Positions 1 to 13,362 of a stretch of DNA of 48,136 nt are shown here, one piece after another. The notes under the pieces were generated by a model that was not told the DNA's origin, did no database searches, and was given only the letters and a program-made list of their open reading frames with translations. The DNA comes from Callorhinchus milii (taxonomy: Eukaryota). The DNA lies in contig NW_024705399.1 of assembly GCF_018977255.1 (NCBI RefSeq), forward strand, positions 1-48,136, in the 5' to 3' direction. Position numbers and translations under genes: made by a program. Positions within the stretch are counted from its first letter, which is position 1, and every line of letters begins with the position of its first letter.

Positions 1-50
1 CGCTAATTAGTAGCTGCTGCTGGTGTTTACTGGCGACTGGTTGTTTTTTC

Positions 51-330
51 GTGGCTGCTATCTGGTGTTTAGTGGCTGCTATCTGGTGTTTAGTGGCTGC
101 TAGCTGGTGTTTTGTGGCTGCTAGCTGGTGTTTAGTGGCTGCTAGCTGGTGTTTAGTGGCTGCTAGCTGGTGTTTTGTGGCTGCTAGCTGGTGTTTAGTG
201 GCTGCGAGCTGGTGTTTAGTGGCTGCTATCTGGTGTTTAGTGGCTGCTAGCTGGTGTTTTGTGGCTGCTCGCTGGTGTTTTGTGGCTGCTCGCTGGTGTT
301 TGTGGTAGTTATCTGGTGCTAAGTCGCTGC
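51..330. repeat. 21-bp tandem array (GTGGCTGCTAGCTGGTGTTTA)n
   Basis: About 13 visible tandem units, the reverse-complement type of the 4798-5752 array. Confidence 0.9.
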
Positions 331-3300
331 AGTTGGTTTATAGCGGCTGTGGCTCGTATTTAGTGGGTGCAGCTGGTTTATAAATGGAATCTTGTTGTTG
401 TTGTGTTTGTGTGTCTCTCTGGTCTATATAATTTGGCTGTGGGTTATGGTTGGCGATTGTGGAAGTTGTTTATTAGTTGCTCAATAGCGTCTGTTGACTT
501 CTAGCTGGTGCATCATATGTGTGTGTCTGTCTGAGTATCTGTGATCGAGTGTGTGTTTCTATGTTTTCGCATATGTGTGTCTGTGTGTGTTTGTGCGTCT
601 CACTTTGTGTCTGTATAATGATTTTAACAATGACGGCTATATCGTCTGATATTAACAGTGAGCACCTCGATATAGTCAGATGTTCACAGAGTGTGTATAT
701 GTGTCTGCCTGTGCTTTGTGGCCTGTATGAATCCATTTGTGAATCTTTGCTTTCATGTGTCTGTCTCTGTTGTTGTTACAGAGGGTGTTTAACATCTTCC
801 AGCTGTTTAGTGGCTCTGGCCGTCTGATATTAACATTGAGCACCAACATGTAGTTTGGTGATAACAGTGTGTACTTAGATCTGTATGTGCGTGCGTCTGT
901 GTATGTATGTCCGCGTGTCTTTGTTTCTATGTGTCTGTGCGCATCTGCTGCTGGTGTTCAGTGGCTGTGTCTGTTATTCAGTTTCTACAAACTATTGTTT
1001 ACTGCCGAGTAGCTGCTGTTCAGTGGCTGTGGTTGGTGTTTCGTGGCAGTCAGCTGGTGTTTAGTGGCTGCTAACTGTGTTTAGTGGCTGCTGGCTATTT
1101 CCTTTGGCTGCTGGCTGGTGTTCAGCGGATACCAGCTGGTGTTTCGTGGCTGTTGTGTTTAGTGGCAACGGCTGGTGTTTGTTGGCAGGTGTTCAGTGAC
1201 TGGTGTTTATTGGCTGTTTCTGGAGCTTAGTGGCTGTGGGTGGTGTGTATTGATTGTGGAAGTTGTTTGTAAGTTGCTAAATTGCTTCTGTTGACTTGTC
1301 GCTGGTGCAATATGTGTGTGTGTGTGTGTGTGTCTGCGTATCTGTGATAGAGTGCGTGTTTCTATGTTTGCGCATATGTGTGTCTATCTGTCTCTGTGTA
1401 TCTCGCTGTGTATGTTTGTGTGTGTCTACATAATGATTTTACCAATGACGGCTATTGTCTGATATTAACAGTGAGCACCTCAATATAGTCAGATATTTAC
1501 GGAGTGCATATATGTATCTGCCTGTGTTTTCTGGTCTGCGTGAATCTATGTGTGAATCTATGCTATCATGTGTCTGTGTCTGTTGGTGTTATCGAGGGTG
1601 TTTAATATCTTCCAGCTGTTTCATGGCTCTGGTTGTCTGATATTAACAGGGAGCACCACTAAATAGCCTGATATTGAAAATGTGTATGTAGATCTGTATG
1701 TGTGTGTCCGCGTGTCTTTGTTCCTTTGTCTGTTTGTGTGTAACACACACACAGACAAACAAACACACATATGCATCAACGTAGAAACACATACTCGTTC
1801 GCAATTACGCAGACACAACACGCACACACACCAGCTAAAAGTCAACAGACGCGATTTAGCAGCCAATAAACACCTCCACAGTCACTAAACGCCTGCCAGT
1901 GAACACCAGCCATAACTACTAAACACCACTACAGCCATGAAACAACAGCGAGCAGCCACTGAACACCAGTTTGCAGCCATTCAACACGAGCTGTCAGCCA
2001 CTAAACACCAGATAGCTGCCACAAAACACCAGTTTGCAGCACAGATTAACAACCACAGCCAACAGATGCGCACACACAGAAACACGGGAGTATATACACA
2101 GACACACACAAATACAGATCCACACACACACTGTTAACAACAGACTATATAGAGGTGCTGCCTGTTAATATCAGACAGCCAGAGCCACTAAACAGCGGGA
2201 AGATATTAAACAACATCCGTAACAACAAAAGACACAGACACATGAAAGCAAAGATTCACAAACGGATTCATACAGACCACAAAACACATTCAGACACATA
2301 GACACAATCTGTAAATATCTGACTAAATGGAGGTGCTCACATACACACACAAATACAGATCTACATGCACACTGTTAACATCAGACTCTATAGAGGTGCT
2401 CCCTGTTAATATCAGACAGCCAGAGAAAATAAACTGCTGGAAGATATTAAACACCATCTGTTACAACAACAGACACATACACATCAAATCAAAGATTCAC
2501 ACATAGACTCATACAGACCAAAAAACACAGGCAGACACATATACGCACTCCGTAAATATCTGACTATATTGAAGTGCTCACTGTTAATATCAGTCCATAA
2601 AGCAGTCATTGTTAAAATCATTGTACAGACACACACACACGAACACACACAGACACACATATGCGTGAAAATACAAATACGCACACGATCGCAGATACGC
2701 AGACACAAAAACATGACGCACCAACTAGAAGTCAACAGACGCAACTTAGCAACTGATAAGCAACTTAACCAATCGCTAAACGCAACCCGCAGACACTGAT
2801 CACCAACTAGCAGCCTCTAAACACCGGCTAGCAGCCTCTAAACACCGGCTAGCAGCCACTAAACACCGGCTAGCAGCCACTAAACACCGGCTAGCAGCCT
2901 CTAAACACCGGCCAGCAGCCACTAAACACCGGCCAGCAGCCACAGAATAACAGACACATGCACTGAACACCAGCAATAGATGCGCAAACATAGATAGTCA
3001 GACACACAGACACACAGACGTACATACACAGACACACACACACATACTGATCTACGTACACACAGTTAACATCAGATTAATTACAGGTGCTCCATGTTAA
3101 TATGTGACAGCCAGTTTATAGTAAACAGGTATAAGATATTATACACCCACTGTAACAACAACGGACCGACACATGAAAGCAAAGATTCACAGATAGATTC
3201 ATATAGACTAGAAAACACAGGCCTACACACAAACACGCACTCCGTAAATATCTCTGTGAATATCTGACTATATTGAGGTGCTCACTGTTAATATCAGGCA

Positions 3301-4797
3301 ACATAGACTCATACAGACCAAAAAACACAGGCAGACACATATACGCACTCCGTAAATATCTGACTATATTGAAGTGCTCACTGTTAATATCAGTCCATAA
3401 AGCAGTCATTGTTAAAATCATTATACAGACACACACACACGAACACACACAGACACACATATGCGTGAAAATACAAATACGCACACGATCGCAGATACGC
3501 AGACACAAAAACATGATGCACCAACTAGAAGTCAACAGACGCAACTTAGCAACTGATAAGCAACTTAACCAATCGCTAAACGCAACCCGCAGACACTGAT
3601 CACCAACTAGCAGCCACTAAACACCGGCTATGAAAGCATAGATTCACACCACCACATACAGGCCAACAAACACAGGCAGACACATAAACACACTCTGGAA
3701 ATATCTGACTATATTGAGGTGCTGATTTTTAATATCAGACGATATAGCCATCATTGTCAAAATCATTATATAGACACACACAGCGAAACACACAAATATA
3801 CACTGACACACATTTGTACATACATAGAAAAACATACTCTATCACACATACGCAGACACAAACACACATGAACACCAGCGACAAGTCAACAGTCGCGATT
3901 TAGCAGCCAATAAACATTTCCACAATCACTTGGCACCACATCCAACCAACAAACACCAGCCACTAAACACCTGCCAATACACACAAGACATAGCCAGTAA
4001 ACACCACCCACAGCCACGAAACACCAGCGAGCAGCAAACAAACACTAGTCCACAGCCACTGAACACCAGTTTGCAGCCATTCAACACGAGATGCTCACCG
4101 TTTATTTCAGACGATACTGCCCTCACTGTTAAAATCATTATATAGATACACAAACACACACAGATACACATATGCGAAAACATAGAAACACACACTCGAT
4201 CACAGATACGCAGACAGACATACACATATGATGCACCCGATAGAAATCAACAGACGCAATTTAGCAACTAATACACAACTTCCACAATCAGTAAACATAA
4301 CCCACAGCCATTAAACATCAGCGACCAGCCACTGAATAACAGCCACAGCCGTTGAACACCAGCAACAGATGCGCACAGACAGACACACAGAAACACAGAT
4401 ACATGGACACATACACACACACATAATGCTGTGCATGCACTCTGTTAACACGAGACTACACAGTGGTGCTCCCTGTTAATATCAGATAGCCAGAGCCACG
4501 AAACAGCTGGAAGATATTAAGCACCATCCGCAACAACAAGAGACACAGAGACATTGATTCACACAATCACAAACAGGCCAACAAACACAGGCAGACACAT
4601 AAACACACTCTGCAAACATATGACTATATGGAGGTGCTCAAAGTTTATATCTGCGATATAGCCGTCATTGTTAAAATCAATATAAAGACACACAGCGAAA
4701 CACACAAATATCCACCGAACACACATTTGCACAAACATAGAAACACATACTCGATTATACATACAGACACACACACACACACACACACACGCACACC

Positions 4798-5752
4798 AGC
4801 TAAACACCGGCCAGCAGCCACTAAACACCGGCCAGCAGCCACTAAACACCGGCCAGCAGCCACTAAACACCGGCCAGCAGCCACAAAACACCGGCCAGCA
4901 GCCACAAAACACCGGCCAGCAGCCACAAAACACCGGCCAGCAGCCACAAAACACCGGCCAGCAGCCACAAAACACCGGCCAGCAGCCACAAAACACCGGC
5001 CAGCAGCCACAAAACACCGGCCAGCAGCCACAAAACACCGGCCAGCAGCCACAAAACACCGGCCAGCAGCCACAAAACACCGGCCAGCAGCCACCAAACA
5101 CCGGCCAGCAGCCACAAACACCGGCCAGCAGCCACCAAACACCGGCCAGCAGCCACCAAACACCGGCCAGCAGCCACAAACACCGGCCAGCAGCCACCAA
5201 ACACCGGCCAGCAGCCACCAAACACCGGCCAGCAGCCACCAAACACCGGCCAGCAGCCACCAAACACCGGCCAGCAGCCACCAAACACCGGCCAGCAGCC
5301 ACCAAACACCGGCCAGCAGCCACCAAACACCGGCCAGCAGCCACCAAACACCGGCCAGCAGCCACCAAACACCGGCCAGCAGCCACCAAACACCGGCCAG
5401 CAGCCACCAAACACCGGCCAGCAGCCACCAAACACCGGCCAGCAGCCACCAAACACCGGCCAGCAGCCACCAAACACCGGCCAGCAGCCACCAAACACCG
5501 GCCAGCAGCCACCAAACACCGGCCAGCAGCCACCAAACACCGGCCAGCAGCCACTAAACACCGGCCAGCAGCCACTAAACACCGGCCAGCAGCCACTAAA
5601 CACCGGCCAGCAGCCACTAAACACCGGCCAGCAGCCACTAAACACCGGCCAGCAGCCACTAAACACCGGCCAGCAGCCACTAAACACCGGCCAGCAGCCA
5701 CTAAACACCGGCCAGCAGCCACTAAACACCGGCCAGCAGCCACTAAACACCA
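4798..5752. repeat. Highly homogeneous 21-bp minisatellite (CCAC[T/A/C]AAACACCGGCCAGCAG)n, ~45 copies
   Basis: Direct reading. Units differ essentially at one position, and two units are 20 nt. It explains the long CLVAAGR/TPASSHQ pseudo-ORFs. Confidence 0.97.
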
Positions 5753-8700
5753 GCCTGCAGACACAGAATAACAGATACAGACACTGAACACCAGCAACAT
5801 ATGCGCACACGGAGATAGACAGAAACACAGACACATAGACGAACATATACAGACACATACACATACAGATCTACGTGCACACAGTTAACATCACAGTTAT
5901 AGAGGTGCTCCATGTCAATGTCAGACAGCCAGAGCCACTTAACAGGTAGAAGCTATTAAACACCCACTGTAACACAACGGACATAGACACATGAAAGCAA
6001 AGATTCACATATAGATTCATAGAGACCAGAAAATACAGTCACACACAAATACGTGCTCCGTAAATATCTGACGATATTGAGGTGCTCACTGTTAATATCA
6101 TATAGCCATCATTGTTAAAATCATTATATAGACAGACATAAACACAAAGTGAGAGACACACACACACATGATGCAACAGATAGAATTCAACAGATGCAGT
6201 TTAGCAACTGACAAACAACTTCCACAATCACTAAACACAAAGCACAGCCACTAAACACCAGCGAGCAGCCACTAAACACCAATTGGCAGACACATATACA
6301 AATCGACATACATACTTTTAACATAGAGGTGCTCCCTGTTAATATCAGACAGCCAGAGCCGCTAAACATCTAGAAGATACTAAACGCCATCCGCAGCAAC
6401 AACAGACACAAAGCATAGATTCACAGAACCACATAGAGGCCAACAAACAAAGGCAGGAACATCTACGCGCTCTGTAAATATCTGACTACATTGAGGTGCT
6501 CACTGTTAATATCAGACGATATAGCCTCATTGTTAAAATCATTATAGACACACACAGCGAATCGCACAAACATACACTGACACACATTTCAACGCAGATA
6601 GAGACACATACTCGATCACACATACACACACGCACACACACCAGCTACAAGTCAACAGACGCGATTTATCAGCCACTAAACACTTCCACAGTCACCAAAC
6701 ACCACCCAAAGCCACTGAAATCCAAACGCAAGCAACAAACACCAGCCACTAAACACCTGCCAATAAACACCAGCGAGCAGCCAAAAACTACCAGCTTACA
6801 GCCAGTGAACACCGGCCAGCAGCCAATAAACACCAGATAGCAGCCAATAAACAGCAGATAGCAGCCAGGAAACACCAGCCACAGCCACAACTAACTAGCT
6901 AGCAGCCACTACACACCAGCTGGCAGCCACTAAACACCATCCGGCAGCCACTGAACACCAGCCGCAGCCATTAAACACCTGCTGGCAGCCACTAAACACC
7001 ATCCGGCAGCCACTAAACACCATCTAGCAGTCAAGAAACACCAGCCAACAGCCACTAAACGCCGGCCATTAAACACCAGTTGGTAGCTACTAAACACCGG
7101 CCACCAAACACCAGTTAGTTGGCACTGAAGAGCAGCTGAACACCAACAGATGCGCACACACAGACAAAGGAACAAAGACACGCGGACACACATACACAGA
7201 CACACACACACATACAGATCTACATACGTACTGCCAATATCAGACTATATAGAGGTGCTCCCTGTTAATATCAGACACCCAGAGCTACTAAACAGTTGGA
7301 AGATATTAAACACCCTCAATAACAACAACAGACACAGACACATGATAGCATAGATTCACACATAGATTCATACAGACCAGAAAACACAGGCATACACATA
7401 TACACGTTCCGTAAATATCTGACTATACTGAGGTGCTCGCTGTTAATATCAGACAATATAGCCGTCATTGTAAAATTATATAGACACACACACACACAAA
7501 CACACATATGCATAAACATAGAAACACATACTCGATCACAATAACGCAGACACACACACACATCAGCGACAAGTCAACAGACGCGATTTAGCAGCCAATA
7601 AACACTTACACAGTCACTAAACTCCAGACACAGCCAATAAACACCAGACGCTAAAGGCCTGCCAGTAAACACCAGCCACTGAACACCAGTTTGCAGTCAC
7701 TAAGCACCGGCCATTGAACACGAGCTCGCAGCCACTAAACACGAGCAACAAAGCACCAGCTCGCAACCACGAAACACCAGCTCGGAGGCATTAAATAAAC
7801 TGCCACAGCCACTGAACTACAGCAACTGATGCGCACTTACAGACAGAAACACAAACACACGGGCACACATACCCAGACACACACAGCCAGAGCCGCTAAA
7901 CATCCAGAAGATTTTAAATACCATCCGAAACAACAACAGGCACAGGTACATCAAAGCATAGATTCACACATACCAACAAACACAGGCAGACACATATACA
8001 CACTCTATATATAGTGGCCCAGCTGCCACTAAATACCAATTGGCAGACACACATACAGATCTACATACACACTGTTAAAATAAGAATATATAGAGGTGCT
8101 CCCTGTTAATATCAGAGAGCCAGAGCCTCTGAACATCTAGAAGATATTAAACACCATCCGTAACGACAACAGACACAGACACATGAAAGCACAGATTCAC
8201 ACAACCACATGCAGTCCAACAAACACAGGCAGACACATAAACACTCTTTGTAAATATCTGTCAATATTGAGGTGCTCATTGTTAATATCAGACAATATAG
8301 CCGTCATTATTAATATCATTATATAGACACACACAGCGAAACACACAAACATACACACAGACACACATACTCGATCACACACACGCAGACACACACACAC
8401 CAGCTACAAGAGAACAGACGCGAATTAGCAGCCAAGAAACACTTCCACAGTCACGAAACACCACCCACAGCCACTGAAATCCAGACACAACCAACAAACA
8501 CCAGCCGATAAACACCTGCCAATAAACACCAGCCACCACCAGTCGCTAAACACCAGCCACTGAACACCAGTTTGCAGCCACTGAACACCAGTTTGCAGCC
8601 ACAGATTAACAACCACAGCAAATGAACACCAGCAACAGATGCGCACACAGAGATAGACAGAAACACAGACACAGACGAACATACACAGACACACACACAT

Positions 8701-10044
8701 ACTGATCTACGTACGCACAGTTAACATCAGATTATATAGAGGTGCTCCATGTTAATGTCAGACAGCCAGAGCCACTAAACAGGTAGAAGCTATTAAACAC
8801 CCACTGTAACACAACGGACATAGACACATGAAAGCAAAGATTCACAGATAGATTCATAGAGACCAGAAAATACAGGCACACCCAAATACACGCTCCGTAA
8901 ATATCTGACGATATTGAGGTGCTCACTGTTAATATCAGACAATATAGCTCTCATTGTTAAAATCATTATATAGACACAAAACAAACACACAAAGTGAGAC
9001 ACACACACAAACGATGCAACAGCTAGAATTCAACAGATGCAAATTAGCAACTGACAAACAACTTCCACAATCACTAAACACAAAGCACAGCCACTAAACA
9101 CAAATTGGCAGACACACATAAAAATCTACATACACACTCTTAACATCAGACTATATAGAGGTGCTCCCTGTTAATATCAGACAGCCAGAGCAGCTAAACA
9201 TCGAGAAGATATTAAACGCCATCCGCAACAACAGCAGAGACAGACACATGAAAGCATAGATTCACAGAACCACATAGAGGCCAATGAACAAAGGCAGAAA
9301 CATATACACACTCTGTAAATATCTGACTACATTGAGGTGCTCACTCTTAATATCAGACGATATAGCCTCATTGTTGAAATCATTATACAGACACACACAG
9401 CGAATCGCACGAACATACTCTGACACACATTTGAACGCACATAGGCACACATACTCGATCACGCAGACACACACCAGCTACAAGTCAACAGACGCGATTT
9501 ATCAGCCAGTAAACACATCCACAGTCACTAAACACCACCCAAAGCCACTGAAATCCAGACCCAAACAACAAACACCAGCCGCTAAACACCTGCCAATAAA
9601 CACCAGCGAGCAGCCAAAAACTACCAGCTTGCAGCCACTGAACACCGGCCAGCAGCCAAAAAACACCAGATAGTAGCCAATAAACACCAGATAGCAGCCA
9701 ATAAACACCAGATAGCAGCCAAAAAACACCAGATAGCAGCCAATAAACACCAGATAGCAGCCAAAAAACACCAGCCACAGCCATTACGAACGACCTGCAG
9801 CCACTAAGCACCAGCTGCAACCACAAACACCAGCTCCAGCCACAAACAACTGCTCGCAGTTCCAAACACCAGCTACCCGCCACTAAACACCGACCACTAA
9901 ACACCAGCTGTTAGCTACTGAACACCGGCCACCAAACACCAGGTCGTTGGCACTGAATAGCAGCTACAGCCACTGAACACCCGCAACAGATGCGCACACA
10001 CAGACAAAGGAACAAAGACACGCGGACACACATACACACATACA

Positions 10045-10473
10045 ACAACAACAAGATTCCATTTATAAAGCGCCTTTCACGTCAGGAGTACGTCCCAAGG
10101 CGCTGCACAGTTGGGTCATGACCCGAGCAGGGAGGGAGCAAGGAGGGGGGAAATGGTCAGGGTGAGGGGAGGGAAGGGAGGGAGCGAGGAGGGGGGAGAT
10201 GGTCAGGCTGAGGGGAGGGAAGGGAGGGAGCGAGGAGGGGGAAGAGAGTCGAGAGGGGAGCTGAAGGCTCGGTCAAAGAGAAAGGTTTTGAGACCGGCCT
10301 TGAATGAGGAAAGGGAGGAAGCGGCGAAGGCACTGGGGATAGAGTTCCAGAGCCTCGGGGCTGAGAGGCTGAAGGCCCGACCACCGATGGTAGGACGGTT
10401 GGGGCGGGGGATGTGGAGCAGACCGGAGCCAGAGGAACGGAGAGTACGGGCAGGTAAGTAGGGGGATAGTAAG
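10045..10473 (-). mobile_element. 5'-truncated L2-clade LINE 3' end inserted in the satellite, with 7-bp TSD ACATACA
   Basis: Minus strand encodes PARTLRSSGSGLLHIPRPNRPTIGGRAFSLSAPRLWNSIP...FKAGLKTFLF (L2 ORF2 C-terminus) and ends in a (TTG)n tail. Very similar to 33395-33770. ACATACA at 10038-10044 and 10474-10480. Confidence 0.93.
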
Positions 10474-10962
10474 ACATACAGATCTGCATACACATTGTCA
10501 ACATCAGAGGTGCTTCCTGTTAATATCAGACAACCAGAGCCACTGAACAGCTGGAAGATATGAAACGCCCTCAATAACAACAACAGACAAAGACACATGA
10601 TAGCATAGATTCACACATAGATTAATGCAGACCAGGAAACACAGGGACACACATATACAAACTCCGTAAATTTCTGACTATATTGAGGTGCTCACTGTTA
10701 ATATCAGACAATATAGCCGTCATTGTAAAATTATATAGACCACAGAGATACACACAAACACACATATGCACAAACATAGAAACAAATACTCGATCAAATA
10801 CACAGACACACAAACATGCAAAGCACCAGCTAAGAGTTGCCAGACACAAATTAGCAGCCAATAAACACCTTCCACAATCAATAAACACCAGTCAGAGTCA
10901 GTAAACTCCACCCACAGTCAATAAACACCAGCCATTAACCACCTGCCAATAAACATCAGCTG

Positions 10963-11462
10963 CAGCCACTGAACACCAGCCACAGCCACTACAAACCAGA
11001 TAGCAGCCACTGAACACCAGCCACAGCCACTACAAACCAGATAGCAGGCACTAAACACCAGCCACAGCCACTACAAACCAGATAGCAGCCACTGAACACC
11101 AGCCACAGCCACTACAAACTAGATAGCAGCCACTAAACACCAGCCACAGCCACTACAAACCAGATAGCAGCCACTGAACACCAGCCACAGCCACTACAAA
11201 CAGATAGCAGCCACTGAACACCAGCCACAGCCACTACAAACCAGATAGCAGCCACTGAACACCAGCCACAGCCACTACAAACCAGATAGCAGCCACTGAA
11301 CACCAGCCACAGCCACTACAAACCAGATAGCAGCCACTGAACACCAGCCACAGCCACTACAAACCAGATAGCAGCCACTGAACACCAGCCACAGCCACTA
11401 CAAACCAGATAGCAGCCACTGAACACCAGCCACAGCCACTACAAACCAGATAGCAGCCACTG
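10963..11462. repeat. 41-bp tandem array (CAGCCACTGAACACCAGCCACAGCCACTACAAACCAGATAG)n, ~12 copies
   Basis: Period 41 (10963, 11004, ...). Each unit is a 20+21-nt dimer of the satellite sub-repeat. Confidence 0.95.
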
Positions 11463-13124
11463 AAACACCAGCTAACAACCACAAACAGCAGATAGCAGCC
11501 ACTAAGCACCAGTACGCAGGCACTTAAAACCAGCCGCAGCCATTAAACAGCGAGCAGCACCCACTAAATAACAGCTCGCAGCCACAAACAACAGCTCGCA
11601 GCTACCAAACACCAGTTACTAGCTACCAAACACCAACTTGCAGCCACTAAACACCATCTAACAGCTACTAAACACCAGCCGCAGCCACTAAACACCAACT
11701 TGCAGCTACCGAACACCAGCCGCAGCCACTAAACACCTGTTACTAAACACCTGTCGCAGCCACTAAACACCAACTTGCAGCTACCGAACACCAGCCGCAG
11801 CCACTAAACACCTGTCACTAAACACCAGCTCGTAGCCACTAAACACCAGCTGGTAGCCATTATACAACGGCCACCAAACACCAGCGAGTTGGTACTGAAT
11901 AGCAGCTACAGCCACTGAACACCAGCAACAGATGTGCACTCACAGACAAAGGACCGCAGACACACACATACACATACACACACACACATACAGATCTACA
12001 CACACATTGTCAACATCAGATTATATAGTGGTGGATCCCTATTAATATCGGAGAACCAGAGCCACTGAACAGCGAGATATATTAAACACCCTCTATAACA
12101 ACAACAGATACAGACACATGATAGCATAGATTCGCACATAGATTTATACAGATCAGAAAACACAAGCACACACATATACACACGCTGTAAATATCTGACT
12201 ATATTGAGGTACTCACTGTTAATTCAGACAATATAGCCGTCATTGTAAAATTATATGAACACATACAGACACACAATCACACATATGCATGAACATAGAA
12301 ACACATACTCGATCACAGTTACGCAGACAGATAAACACACACACCCGCTACAAGTCAAGAGACGCGATTTAGCAGCCAATAAACATTTCCACAGTCACTA
12401 AACTCCAGACACGGCCAATAAACAACAGCTGCAAACGCCTACCAGTAAACAGCAGCCATAACTACTAAACACCACCACAGCCACGAAACAACAGCGAGCA
12501 GCCAATAAACACCAGCCCACAGCCATTCAACAGACTGGGAGAATCAACATCGATTCCACTGGGAAATGTGCAGACCCTCAACACATATCCAACTCATCCA
12601 AAATTACTTTTTTTTGTGTGTGTATCTACCTCCACCTCCGGTTATCACAGAGGAAGGCCCCACCCTTCACGGGTTTTATACAGAGAGAGAGAGAGATAGA
12701 TAGAGATGGACAACTTCTGAGCAGCCTTTCACGATCTGCTTTTTTCTCAGACTTAAGTTCGGCAGATGTCTGAAGCTTCAGCCTTTAATTTCTGTGGTCC
12801 AGTGATCTTACATCTGTGCTGAAGGATCTAATTGCTCTTTGTTCAGAGGTGTGAACTTCTTTCCTGCAAAATATGGAATGTATTAGGAAGCTGACCTCGA
12901 TCAGTCCAGCAAAGCTCTGCTTAACCCCAAGGGGCAAGGAAAGGGGGGCTGTAAATTGGGTGGTTGTATGAAAGGTTAGAGGGATTGCGGGTGGGTAATT
13001 TGACGAGCAAAGTGCTATATCAAGGTCAAGTTATGTGTTTTTTAATAACCTGCATGTTATCTGCATCACATTGAAAAGGTACAACAGAGAATAAGGCGGT
13101 ACTAGTTAATAGAGCAAAGTTTCC

Positions 13125-13362
13125 GCAAGTACCCAGCGGGCGGCCTTCAGCCATTCTGCCCCACTCGCTGGTACTCCATCCCACAGTCCCTCTGCCTCGC
13201 CCTCTCCATTGGCTTCTTGAAGACCCATCTCAAGACCCTCCACTACGACCATGGCTTTGCCCCCTCCCCAATCCCAACCCACAGCTCAGGTCTGACTGCC
13301 CAGTGCCTTGGGACATCCTCCCGATGTGAAAGCTGCTGTACAAATGTGATGTTATTCTTGTT
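13125..13362 (+). mobile_element. Old degenerate L2 3' end
   Basis: GGCCTTCAGCCATTCTGCCCC...CTCAAGACC...GCCTTGGGACATCCTCCCGATGTGAAAG parallels the L2 tail at 33490-33770. Confidence 0.7.

Larger units (their letters stand above)
1..12530. repeat. Complex satellite of ~20-21-bp CAGCCACTAAACACCAG-type sub-repeats, CA/GT tracts and a recurring GAGGTGCTC(A/C)CTGTTAATATCAGAC core
   Basis: The same blocks recur throughout (core at e.g. 7252, 7430, 8739, 8916, 9158, 9334, 10685). GT-rich orientation 1-1741, CA-rich afterwards. Ends abruptly at ~12530. Confidence 0.95.

Noticed and set aside
4559..5864. Long ORFs of 172-425 aa (CLVAAGR, TPASSHQ, GCWPVF repeats)
   Set aside because: They are translations of a stop-free 21-bp minisatellite open in several frames on both strands, with no gene structure.
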